A stretch of DNA of 64,000 nt. Origin: Lama glama. Lineage: Eukaryota. The notes beneath the pieces are model-generated. The model made no database searches. It had not been told where the DNA came from and was given only the letters and a program-made list of their open reading frames with translations. Shown here piece after piece: positions 27,217 to 40,296 of this stretch; the stretch's first letter is position 1; every line of letters begins with the position of its first letter. The stretch lies in the NCBI GenBank assembly GCA_028534125.1, contig CM052817.1, positions 72,108,001 through 72,172,000 on the forward strand, given 5' to 3'. The translations under genes were made by a program, and so were the position numbers.

Positions 27217-27679
27217 GATGACAGATAATCCCTTGTCCTGCTTTTACAGTCTTTAATTCCAGCCACAAAAGTATAGTTGATTATTAATACAGCCTCTTAG
27301 ACTCCAGCCAATCCATAGAGATGAAATCTTGAATAGAAATATTGCACTAGATTGAGCTGGGGTTTGCTCATCTGTCTTGAAGTTCATATTAAATGACATC
27401 TGAGTCCTCTGTAGGGTGAGCGGGGCTGGAGCTAGCGGGACAGCCCTTCTGTCACAGTTACTTTGTCCCAACCTCCAACTAGACATACTTTGGCTTATTC
27501 CTAACTTATTCTTCCTCGCTCAGTTGGGAAGCCATCAGAACGTTCTGGGTCTGCTCACTATCAACCTTGGAATGGAACATGGCACTTTCTCTGAGAAATG
27601 ACTGTGAATACATTAGAGCAGTGGTACCGTAGGGAACATATTAGTTCTTCAACTTCCTCCCAGCCAAGCTAGACATTTA

Positions 27680-28250
27680 CATGTACCTACATTTACTCTC
27701 TCCGAGTTTTCCCCTTCCCTTAAAATGGAAAAAGTGATGTTGCCTATGTCCTCCCAACTAGGGCTCTTCCCTCCCTCGTGCCCTAAATCCCATTTTTCCC
27801 ACTTCCTGGGTGAATTTGATTTATCGATTATCTCCATTTCTTCTTATGGGCTTCTCCTTCTCAGATTTTTTTACCATGCCCAAATCTTCCTCATCTTCTC
27901 TGAAGCCCCCTATTTCTCCTTTCCACTAATGGTCCAACTCAATGAAAACTTTACCTATACTCTCACCTCACTTCCGCGTTCTCCACTTTTCCCCTTGGCC
28001 CACTATAGTTTGATTTTAAGGCCATCACGAAAGCTGCTTTGCCAGTTACCAAAGGTCTCTTTACACTAAACCCGATAGACACTGCTCAGTCTGCTTCTTA
28101 TTTGTTATCTTGGCCGCACGTGATGTCACTGACTACTTCCTCTGTCCCGAAATACTGCCTTCTTACCAAAGGGGCACCATTAGCCCTCCCCTCTCTCATC
28201 TGCCACTCTGCTTCTCATCCTGGCCCCACTACACATTATTTCAGCTCTTT
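27680..28250 (+). mobile_element. L2 LINE fragment
   Basis: Pyrimidine-rich, with cccaaatcttcctcatctt, ttaccaaaggtctc, gactacttcctc. Confidence 0.5.
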
Positions 28251-28614
28251 GAGTAACACAGACTCTCACCTGAACCTTCTCGTTTGCCCTTTCATCTACC
28301 TAGAACTGTTTCTTTTCTCTTACTTTGATGTCTTCGACCTATCCTTGAATTCCCCTTCCATGTTGTGTTCTCTATTTCTTCACGTCTGGATAAATTGCTC
28401 CTTCTATTTACTCTCAGGAGACTCCTTACATGGCAATTTTTTCCACTGAAATTGCATTACTCATTTGTCTACATTCCTCATTAGGCATAAACAATCTTAG
28501 GCTAAAGATTGTCAATTGTTTCAGTGGCTTTTCTCCAGTGCTTTGTAACCTATGATAGTGACAGGCATGGGGGTCAAACAGGGGCATAATCAATATACAC
28601 TGGATAAATAGAAA

Positions 28615-28667
28615 TACATATACACATGCACATACACTTGTGCACGCACGCACACACACATACACAC
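28615..28667. repeat. Imperfect (CA)n microsatellite
   Basis: tacatatacacatgcacatacac…gcacacacacatacacac. Confidence 0.75.
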
Positions 28668-28689
28668 CCCTATGGTCCTATGGATACTG

Positions 28690-29135
28690 TGGGAAACCTA
28701 ATGAACATGTGACAACATTTCATCTCTAGGCTATAGTTCTTAATTGGGACGATATGTTCACAAAGATTGAGATAAGTGACAGTAAATGCCTGGAGAAAAA
28801 TGGATGATAAAAATACATATTTTAAGAAAAGGGCAATTACACAAGCAGTTGAAGTGAGCAGTGTACAGAGGAAAAAATTTGCTTTAAACTTAACCTTAAA
28901 GGGTCATATGAGTTTTGATAGAGAAATATGGAAAGGAGGTGTTCCCTTAGAAAGGAACCAGTGGGAGAGAAAAACAGAGCAAAACTGAGAGAGAGTGACA
29001 AGCCAGGTATTCAGCTGGAGCTGATAGGTCTGGGCAAGAATAAAAGAAAATACTGGGAAAGTTGGCAGGTTGTAGACATTTGTAAAAGGATAAAAAATAA
29101 AGGGTTTAAATTTTAGTAAGTGGGAAACCACTAAA
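28690..29135 (-). mobile_element. L2 fragment
   Basis: Purine-rich, with taaccttaaaggg…gagttttgatagaga…gggaaaccactaaaa. Confidence 0.45.
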
Positions 29136-30559
29136 AAATTGACTTCATATTTTCCCCACACACTAACATAAAATATAAAATTATTGATCATATTTGCTTT
29201 TCCCCCTAAACATGCAGTCATTAATGCAGCCAATTTCAGCTAGTATCTGAGCATCAACTCTAACAGAAATCATGTATCTCAGAGTTCTCTTTCTATGTAA
29301 ATTATCACCTGCTGCTTCTGTAAATGAAATGATTGTCCTGGGCAATTTATTGTTTTGCTGTTTAAAAATTTCAGTTAAAAATTTTTAAAAACTTACCGTG
29401 ATGTCTAACCACTGCAGGTATTCTTGCAATAGTGTCTCTGTTTTAACTGACAATTACATAGTATGATCAGAGAATTGAATTAACATGTAACACAGCATTT
29501 CAGATAATTATGGAATTGTTGAATGAATAGAGATCTAATTTGGATTCCTGCAACACGTACATTCTCCTTTGGAACATTGCACTAAATCATGAATTTTTGC
29601 TGTCCCTCCACAGGTTTCATGTTTAAGCCTATTTGAATTCACTTTGTATTATTATTTATATGTCAGCTGGGTGGTTTCCTAAACTTAGTTATACCCTTAA
29701 ACACTAACTATCTTCTCATAATTAATTTAAATGTAACGTTAAAACACAAGTTTAGTTACTTTGCATATTTTTATTATATATTTAGAGGTGTTGATAGTCT
29801 ATTGATAAGGAATAGCCTCAGATGCAGCGTGACTGAGTACTTTTATTCTTTTAATGTTGGTCTAGTCGAATTCCAAGAGTAGTTGATTCAAACCATTTCC
29901 TTAGTCTTTGTGCTCTCAACCTCACAATCACTTCTCTGACCCCCTGAAAGATGCCCTTCTCTGTTCCTGAGAAATTCAGCACAAATATTCTCCTGGATCC
30001 TCCCAAGGAAACCCACTTATGTGCTTCTTGAAAGACCAGCTTTTGGATGCCTGCTATGGTAGTGCTGTCCAATATTAACCATGAAAGGCTACAAAATGCA
30101 CCAACTCAATGAAAACGCATCTCCTCCCCTTTCTTAAAAACCCACCTCCCACCCCAAGCCCTGGAACACTCGGAGGTGGGAAGGAGAGAAGGCAAGGGAA
30201 CGCAGAAGGGCAGCTGCCATTTTCTTTTCCCAGAGACGCTGCTCAGGCTGGAGCTGGGGTGAGGAGGGACGATTTGGAATGGAACTTAAAGTTTTAAATT
30301 AAATTCATTTAAAGCTTAGAAAGTCTAAAGTGAATCTTAATTGCCCAAATGATTATCGTTTTAGCTGGAAATGCCTGGATAGCTACTGGCATATACTAAA
30401 AACATGAGATTTGGAAGAGCATCTTCCAAATGTTTTCTGTTTGTATCCCATCCAGTTCAGTCCATTTAATTTGTCTGTAGTGATACAATGTTTGGTACAT
30501 GAGAGTTATTTTCGTAATTACATAACTGAAAAAAAAATCAACTTCCAAATCACCTTAAT

Positions 30560-32120
30560 TCTTCCCACTTTCTTCTAGTTCCTCCCTGTTTTCCTTCCTT
30601 TTCCCTTCCTTCTTCCCTCCATTTTTTTCCTTCCTTCTTTACTTTTTCCTTCCATCCTTCCAAAAATATGGAGACCATGCTTTCTTTCAGGCACTGTACT
30701 ATCAGGAATACACAAAGGAAAAAGACAGAAACAATCTTTGCCCTCATTGAGTTTATATTCTAGTATCAAAAAATAAACAGTTACTAATGGCTTTGAGCTG
30801 ACATTGAATGAATTGAGGGAGCATGCCATAAGAATATTTAGTAAAGAATACTTCATGCAGAGGGAAAAATAAATATAAAGACACTTCAGCAAGAGTGTGA
30901 TCAGCATCCTCGAGGAAGAGCAAAAGCCCAAAGAGATATGGGAAAAGTGATAGGAGAAAAAATCAGGAATGTGAGGCTAGAGGGGTAGATGTTGTAGAAC
31001 CTTGGGTCTTTAGGTCTTATTCTAAGTGTGATAGAAAGCCATTGGATGGTTCCAATTAGTGATACAATTTGATTTGGGTTCTAAATATAAATAGATCCTG
31101 GGGAGACAAAAGTGGAAGCCAGATGAAGAGATTGGAAGCTCTATTAGTAGTTCAGGCAAGAGATGCTAAATCTTGTTGAGATATGATGAGAATTTATTGG
31201 ATTCTGGTTATGCTTTGAAGATGGAGCTGACAGAATTTGCTGATGGGCTAGATGCAAGATACGCAAAATAGAAGTCAAGGATAATTCTCAAGATTGTTTA
31301 TGTACTTGTTTGTTTTCAAGAGTACTTGGCAGAATCTTGGTGTCACTTACTGTAATACAAAAGATCTCAGAAAGAGCAGATTTGGGGGAAAAATCAAGAG
31401 TTCAGTTTGTGTTATGTTAAATTTGAGATGCCTATTAAACATGCTACTTGAGGTATATGGGTCTGGAGTTAAGAGGAGAGTTAGAATATAAGATATAAAT
31501 ATGGGAGTCGCTAGTTTATGGTTGGTATTTAAAGCCAAATGATTGCAGTTGACCACCTAGGGATCAAGGAGATAGAAAAGAGGGTAAAGAAGCATGCTTG
31601 GCTAATTTCAGCAGTTAGAGAAGGGAAAGGTGACACATCTATCAATGAAAGTTGAGAAAGTGTGCCCAGTGATTTCTTAAAAGCCAAGTAAAGGAAATGT
31701 CTCAAAAAAGGTGAATGTAATCAACTGTTAAAGTCCACTAAGAGATTGTTGGATGAAGACTAACTGAGTGCTATTGGATTTATAAACATGGACATCATTG
31801 GTGACTTTGATGAAAGGGGTTTCAGAGTTGGTAGAGTTGAAATCTTGACTAAGATCAGTTCAGTGGGGAATGGGAAGATTGGAAGTAGGGAAGCCAATGG
31901 ACAATCCTCACAGGTAGACTAAGGAGAGACTGGAATGAGTTGCAGAGAAGTGAAGTGGAAGCTGCAGATGATGAGGGAATCAAAAAAAGACTTGTTTTTA
32001 AATGAGTAATATTACAAAATGTTTGCATGCTGGTGGGAATCATGATGTGGGAGAGGAAGGGACAATTACAGAAACAAAATAGGTAAAAAGGTAAAAGGGA
32101 GATGAAATAAAATGAGTAGT
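30560..32120 (-). mobile_element. L2 (L2a/b-like) 3' ~1.5 kb with (TTCC)n tail
   Basis: caggcactgtac, tgccctcattgagtttatattctag, gagttcagttt…tttgagatgcctattaaacat, cattggtgactttga. Confidence 0.85.
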
Positions 32121-32414
32121 ATGGTCTTTGAAGTGAACAATGACATCAGTTGTGTCCTGCATAAACCCAAATAATACAGATGCTGTATACATGCTGTTAA
32201 GAGCATCAGGTCATGCAGACCATGGGAAAGCCCTTTGCCAATGGAAAACTACTTATGAATGTAAAGGCTTGGATTTAGTTGAGTCATATTTATTGATCAC
32301 ATCATCATGTCACCTATCCCTGAAAGATCCATTGGAATATGGATCTGCTGGGAGAAAGTAGCAGAAGCCTATATTCTTACATTTTTATTTGAATACATAG
32401 CTTTTTAGATAATC

Positions 32415-32570
32415 AGATCAGTAACATGTACTGGAGCATCTTTGATGTACCAGTGACTGATTCTGGACCTGGGGATACAGGGACAAAAAAGACAAAGTCA
32501 CTGCCCATAAGGATCTTCCATTCTATGACAGGGAGACCATGGATAGACATATGAATAAATAAATAATTTA
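32415..32570 (-). mobile_element. L2 3' terminal fragment
   Basis: ctggggatacag…aagacaaagtcactgccc…ttccattcta. Confidence 0.7.
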
Positions 32571-32699
32571 TTTTCTGGTGACACTCGTTAAAAATGTAAT
32601 AGGGAGACACCAACCTCATTCCTCTGAGATTTAATTTGTTATATATGGGGCCCATATACTCCAGAAAGACGAAAAGTATTCTCATCACAGTGAGAGTAA

Positions 32700-32855
32700 T
32701 TATCCCTCATTCTCACAGACTTGTGAGACAGGTGAATCGAGACAGAAATAATTCCCACTTTTCAGATGAGGAAGTGCCATTTCAGGGAATTAGGTACAAG
32801 CTGTAAAGGGAGGACTCAAATACAGATATTTTGGCTTCAAGCTTATTGCTCTCTT
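32700..32855 (-). mobile_element. MIR SINE fragment
   Basis: attcccacttttcagatgaggaag core motif. Confidence 0.65.
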
Positions 32856-35800
32856 AATGATGAATGTTTGTATAATAAATTAAATATGCTTATTATCCAC
32901 TTCAAGATCATCATATATATTAAAAAACAAACAGAATTATAAGCATACAAGGATTAACATCTTTCAAATTTCAATAAGATCTAGGAAGTTTAGGTTTGTA
33001 CTTCTCAAGAAAAATGCAAAACTTTGTACTATTGATCAATCTTCTGTAATGACACCCTTTTAGGTTGTGTGAAATTTGTTTTTTTTACATCATGTTTTAA
33101 ATGATTTCCTTTTACTACCTTTATTCTTTATTATGTAGCTTAAACATTAATATTTGCTGAGGGAAAAGTCATTTATAAAGTCTTTTTTCCCCCCAGACTA
33201 TAGAGAAAGATTTTCCTAAAAAAAGAGATAAATATTTTAAACTAATACCTTATAAAATTTCACTTTGGAAACATGAAACCATTTGGGGCATATAAATGTG
33301 CCGTACAAGCCTGTTGGCTAAGCAACTCCAAAGCCACAGATTCCTTGTTAACTAAATGCTAAAGCAATGGATGAGAAAAACTATGATTGCTTTAATGCCT
33401 TCTTTTTCCTTGTACTTCAACTAGGCAACAATTTGGATCTGAAAGACAATTTTATCTTTTAAGCTCCTGAAAATTTTGAGTCATTGGTACTTGTGCCGCC
33501 AATTAGATGCAATAGAATTTTGAAATTTATTTTCCAAACCTGATTGTGGTAAAATTAAATAAAGCCTTAACTATTAAAAATGTGATTTTTCTATAAAGGA
33601 CTCTGTGTAACATTCTAGGCTGCCTTTCTTTCTCCCTGTTTTGCAGATGTAAGCTCCGGGTTTTTAAACGCTTTGACAGATGTGAAAATATACAGTGTTT
33701 ATGATGATGATGGAGAGGAATATAGTCACTTCAGGAATATGAAGCAACTGAGAATCAAATGGCTTAATACTGACTTTTTTTTAGGGGATTCCAGACTTTT
33801 GGTAATCTTCTGCATAAACTTCAGGGACGTCAAGTATCACAAGGAGTGTCTAAAATCTTCGTCTGAAAGTCTTTTTGTTCTTAACTGTCAGAGAATATAA
33901 AAAATCAGCTGTGGTATTTTCAGAACTATCCAATTTCAAATGCCCTTTTATTCAGGGCTTTTATGACCAGTTGCTTGACAACATATAGAAGACATGGTTA
34001 CTTAGAGTGAATACGCCTGTGCTATTGGTGTCGGCCTGTTCGTCTGGACTTATGCTGATACACAGTCGTTCCCAACCTACAGATCTTAAACTGACTGTAC
34101 TCTTTTGCATTTTCACCAATATTAGAGATTTTTGTAACTGAAAAAAAAATTCTGTTACACACTCTTTGAAATGTATTTTGAGACAAATGTTAGTTCCGAG
34201 AGGTGTACTGTATGGGGCGTGCTTTAACAGAGATTTGCTATTTTTTAGCCATTAAACACTCTATATGCAAACTTTAGCTTAGAAAAAAAACTCCTCTGTT
34301 CCTGTATTAATCTGAATATTTGAGAATGCATTTTTGTTGTTATAAATAAGCTGAAGTTTTCAAAATATAAGCATTATAAAATAGATCATTTAAAATATCA
34401 TGAATAATTATTGCATAATTTCAAATTGATTCTGTACTAACCAGGATCTTTAACCTCCTTGTTTGGCTTTTATATCTGTTTTGTTAGCTCAGGCAGTGTT
34501 AGGGATATACATATATACATACACGCATTTTGGCTTCTCTACATGTATAAATTTCTACAGGATATTTTGTACACATAGGTATATAAAATAACATATAGAA
34601 AAAAACATATGCTTATAGTATGGTCACATAATATGTCTAATATCTGGAGCACATTGGAGAAAGTTACCCATATAAATATTTTTCACTAATTTTGCTTAGT
34701 ATGCCATCTTAATCATTGTTCTAGGAGAGAATAGATTAATAATACAATAGATCAAGAGTAGAAGAAAAATGTAAGATTCTCTCAACATAAAAATTTATGC
34801 AAATAATTAAATATAAAACAACCACTTACGAGAGCTTCTAGTTTAGCAAACACCTTAAAGCCAAATGTTTAGACTCTAAACTTGGCGGAGAGAGTGATTT
34901 AGAAGATGGTTCCAGTTTGAAACAGTTGTATGTTTGAACTAAAAATAATGTGCATGGGGGTCCTAAAGGATTATTTTTTCCTTTTAAGAAAAACACCACC
35001 TTGTGGATCACCAAGTCTAGATTTGTACAAAGAAAAACTAGTTCAGGGCTGAGACCGAGAGCTGATACATTTCAAGGAGGACCGGCCGGCTGCACTTGTG
35101 AGCGGTGACAGATCTCTGTGAAATATAATCCTGATTAAAAATGCATGTGTGAAACCTCTTCGAATAAAGCGCTATGTCCAACAGCGTTTTCTGAGCTCCC
35201 GCATGTAAGAAGGGAAGACTAACGTAGCTCCTCTTGCTCTATTTACCCCATCATTTGCTGGCTGCTTTACGTTTCTAAAATTGTCTCTATGACTTAGAAC
35301 TAGGTAGAGCTGTATTTTTCTGTAAAAAAATATAATAATTGATGCTAGTGAATTTAGAAATTCAGAAATTCAAGGCACATGCATCCATACACAGACTTTT
35401 TATAAATACGTCCATACCAAAGTAATGCACTAAGTGATGGAAAATAGTGATTTGGATGAACACCAATGACTGTGATATTTAGGACTCCACTATTGCTAAG
35501 TCATGTTGACGAAAAAGAGGCATATGTGTGCAACTACTTCACACAGATTAGCAACTCTATTGTTGCAAGTCTATTACTCTTGCAGAGCCAAAGCTTTAAT
35601 CAACTATTGAACAATTCTGAGTGCGTGTATAAACCAATTTTCTTCATTTGGGTCCAGATTTGAGAGAATTCAGGTACAAAGCTTGAGAGGCTTCTAAAAC
35701 AGAGATGAGGTACATCTGTCTAGTCAAAAATAAAAACAACTAATGCAACGGGGGAGGTGCCTGGTAAAATCTAAGCACGCCAAGTTGCCTCTGTGCCCAT

Positions 35801-36037
35801 GTGCTCGTTACAACTCTGTGTGATTTTGATCCTGCAATTATGGCTTTGAATGCCTAATTATGGCCATGTCTTTTGTTGGGATCTAGAAGATGGGCATAAA
35901 CCAGGCAGATTTTCCTTTCTTTAAAACCTCAGGAGATAAAGAATTGGGGAGAAAAATCTGTAAAATGACCCAGTGGAGTAACATCAAGTGTGATCAATGT
36001 TTGGACTCACATTTCTCTAGCTAGTTGTGTAAGTGTA

Positions 36038-36100
36038 ACACACATAGACAGACATGCACACACACACATACACACAAATATATATATGTATATATATATG
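36038..36100. repeat. (CA)n/(TA)n compound microsatellite
   Basis: Read directly. Confidence 0.8.
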
Positions 36101-39100
36101 AGACAAATAATATCAGAAATAAATATTTATTCATCTTCTATTATGGGCTCTGTAGCTTTATGATAGGAGCAGCTTTCTAGACTCCCCTAAATATTTATTT
36201 TAATGGCTATTTTAAAAGATAGAGGGTTTTATTTCATATCATTTATTTAAAAATGTTGATCTGAAGCTTCCTGTGTAATAACTCCCCACTGAGAACATTT
36301 TAATGTAATTTCTCAAAAGAAAGGATCATCTTCTGAATCTGCGTTTTGTGAAGCGTGTGCAGAAGTCGTGGCCTGTGTGAGTGTCTTTGTCTTGCCTCCT
36401 CTTGCAGGCCTCAGCCTGGTACGCTATTCCCATCGCGTAATCTACCGTTCTTCACAGGGGAAAATGAAAACTAACTCACAAAGGCAGTGCATTTAACATA
36501 TTGGTACTGAGTTTCTTCTTAATCGTGTAGTCATCAAAATATTCAAGACTTTAAGAGCCCTGATTTTAGAAAACCGAATGAACAAGTGAGAGGAACATAT
36601 TTGCCTCCTCTTAGGCCTCTGAGCTGAGAATATTAAGTCCCCAGCTACCTTTTCTTTTCTCATTCCCCAAATACATATTGAATACCTATTGGGAACACAA
36701 TTGTGTTTGCAGATACTCAGTTTTAATTGGAATATTAAAATGAGTATAGTTTGAGGGATGAGTAACAGCATTTACACGCCTTAAATTTGAGATTTAAATG
36801 TATTATTTCTTAAATTTTACCTCTTTCCCAAATATTTGTTTATATTTTCAATAATGCCTATTGCTTACGGGACTAATCCTATCAAAAGACTTCCTTAAAG
36901 TGCATCTATTTAATTATGTATATTATATATTTACTATAGGTAGTCACCTTCCTAAAATAAATGTGATTACTTTTGGAGGGGTGTAGAATACCCAGTTTCA
37001 TGTCAATCTATACAACATGAAATAGTGGATGAAATTGTACAACAAAATATGTTGCAAGTACAAACCAATGAATAAAAATTACCGTCATTGAGAATGGCAA
37101 CAACAACAAAAAGCTTTCTAAAACCTTTAAGACCTTGAATATTTGTTCTAATCCCCTGGTGCCTTTTAACAAGTGAAACTATTTTTTTTATAAAATTGTC
37201 AATGGCTTTTCTTTAGATTTATTGGAGGCTCTACTTAAATGGAATATCTGTCCTTTGTGTTTCAACAATATACGAAGCTTTCTCGTGTATTATTTTCCTG
37301 GTACACGTGCACACACATGAAAACGCTTACAGAGAAGTTCATCACAGTGAAAGCCTGATCACCTTCAAGTAAAAACGTGATCCTCTACGTCTGGCGCAAA
37401 TATAAAATGAGTAAAGCATACGTGCATTTTTTCCCTTTGCTGACATCCTCTGAGTAGTGAATGCTTAGATATTAGAAGTGAAATGTAATTCATCTTTATC
37501 ACTCTGTATATTTTGCTTTATTTGCAATTAATTCTCCTGCTATATTACCTCTATGTTAATGTATGTTTTCTTAGAAATTCTAAGGAGAGTACTGCCTCTA
37601 ATTTATTTCCCATCTTGCAGTTGATTTAAGCAGGATTTAATACCAATGATCTCCTTTCTTAGTTACAAATACACACAGTGAGTGTTCTGAGATTCATGTG
37701 TGAACCTAGAATTCAGAAATGGGTTTTTATTACTCCTTTTGATTTAAAATGAATTACCAATTATTAATTAAAAATTCACAATGAGAATTAGTAGTCTCAG
37801 GTTTCTATTTATTTAGTTCATTCCTGTAATTTAAAACTAAGTTGCTATTGATATTAATATCAGTGTTTTTGAGCAACCATTTCTAGTATCAAAAGGTTAT
37901 CTAATATTCCTGGTTGGTCTGAAATCACTGTGTGTGCATAGGTATATGAATAATTTTTTAATTTCTTTTTTTGATGTAGAGAAAATAAAGAAAAAATTAT
38001 AGTCTTAATGTTGATTAAAAAATTTGTTTTTCACGATGTCAATTCCAGAATTCTAGAAAGACAATTACATTAATTTTTATACATATTAAATTGCAGTGAC
38101 TTTTAATTACAGTTTCAAAAATAAAAATTATTAGGCTAAAATCACTTAATGGAGTCACAGATAAAAATTGTCATTAAATGTTATTAAATGTCTGATATTT
38201 CAAATGTCACTGTTCATCCCCTTGAGAAAGACAATCTGTAAAACAGATGTGTTTAGGAAACAAAAAAACCATAACTTTTAAGCCAATTCTAGCTCAACAA
38301 AATGAAAATCTGTCATAATTATAAAATAGCTATGGGGTGATAGGGAGATAGAAGTGATAAAAAGAAAAGAAAATGTTTCAAACATTGAAAAATGTTTTAT
38401 TTCAGTGCTTATGCTCATATATGTTGAGTATTTTATTTTGAAGAACAATTTAGAATCATGCTTGCTATGACAGTTAGGGGTGAAAGCTCCCTCTCTTTTG
38501 TGGCTCTGGACAGAGAATACATGGTCTGCCCTAACTACAGTTTTTCTACGAGGTATGAAACTACAGAACTCTCCCAGAAAGATTCTGAGGTTTCCTTGTT
38601 AAATCCTTGCCCAGTGACATTTGACTTACCATACAGTACAGTAGCATGTAGTGTCTTCAGCAAGTGGAATGTGAAATATTCAAGAAGCCCTACATGTAGG
38701 AATGCGAATGCTGACCCTTGTTTCTGATTGACCTGGTTGATATATGTTCCAGATAAGCAGCTGTGAGCCTTGAAAGGCTTTTAGGGACTGTTATTTGAAT
38801 AGCAAATTCAGAATCGCCAAAATATGTCTCTTCTTAACATTAACACACAGGTATGGCGATGGTAACTCCCCTCCTGGCCCAGAGTCTTTAGTTAAATCAT
38901 CAGTTTGTTAACTGCTGTTTGCAAGGTAAACCCTCCCTCTGGAATGAACTTCTTTAAAGCAAAATGAAATAAAATAAAGGTAAGTAAAAGTAAATAGATT
39001 TTCCTATTGAAAGTTATTACTTCAGGAATGAAGAAGATGGGTATTGATCGGCACCATCCTTTGCCATTACTGTCAGGTCCACGTAGATGGCTAAGACACT

Positions 39101-40203
39101 TTATTCTAAGCAAACAGCCATTTTCTCTTCTGACATGGGATTCCAGTGAGAATTGAAAAAAGTAAAAGGTTTGTAAAAACATTTTTCTGTCCTTCTTACA
39201 GGGACAATTTATGTTGAAGTAACAGTTTCTGAGATACTTGCACCTGTTATTGATTTATTTCTTCTTTGTCGTGGACAATCTCCTGTTTTATAATACAGTT
39301 ACCCTTGTATACTGCTCGGAGGCGGTAATTTAGAAATAATTTTCATTATATCAAGGTCCCGAAGGGCTTGAAATATAGGAAGCACACGAATTAAAAAACT
39401 AAACATGTATATACGTTTTCTAGATGTTCTCTGGTACAAAGTGATAGTTGTGATATTTCTTTTTAGCACTAATCACAGCAGGATACCACGATGAGCTATT
39501 GTCATAACATTGCAAATAGAATTCTAAATCCATGAAGTCCCCATGGTTTCTGGACAAATAACCCTTCCACATGACCTTGTGAATCCATGGAGTGGAAAAC
39601 AGAAGAGTGTGAATAACGTAAACATAAGGTAGTCGAGGTTATAATTTATTATCATCAGAGATGGGCTAAGTCTCTTTCTATAAGAAAGCAAATCTGAGTA
39701 AAAATCCAGTAAATCTGAAGAAAAAACTTTTGTTTAAATCACCGAGCACCTTTGATATGCAACTATAAATTTGCACACCAGTACATGTATAAGGCATCCA
39801 CTTTATCCATGTGTCCACCAATGCAGTGCACAATTGTTTCCTCCTAAAAAATCAATATGGCTGTGATTTCTCTATGGTTCATTCACTGTTTATGGATAGG
39901 GATTAATGTTTGACCTTCCCTTGCCTTCTTGACTTGAACCAATTACTTTAGAATAATTTTTCTGGTTTAACTTTTTATCACATCTTCTGACATTTTAGTG
40001 AATAATATTTGACAGCTATGAACATCTGCAGAAGTTATTGTTATCATAACTTGAGCTCAATGGAACTACCGTCACTGATGCTCTGAAGATCATATTGCAC
40101 TACAGAGGAGGAACGCACTTACGTTAAAAAAAAAAAAGGTTTGATTTCTTAATAGGAAGCTTTGCTTAGTTTGTTTTAACAAACGCAGATTGTTTCTAAA
40201 AAA

Positions 40204-40296
40204 ACACATACACACATATATATATATACACACATATATTTATATATGTGTGTGTGTGTGTATACGTATATATATATATGACATATATATATGACA
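40204..40296. repeat. (CA)/(TA)/(TG) compound microsatellite
   Basis: Read directly. Confidence 0.85.

Noticed and set aside
27725..28449. 114-aa and 136-aa ORFs
   Set aside because: Pyrimidine-rich L2-derived sequence that is stop-poor by composition
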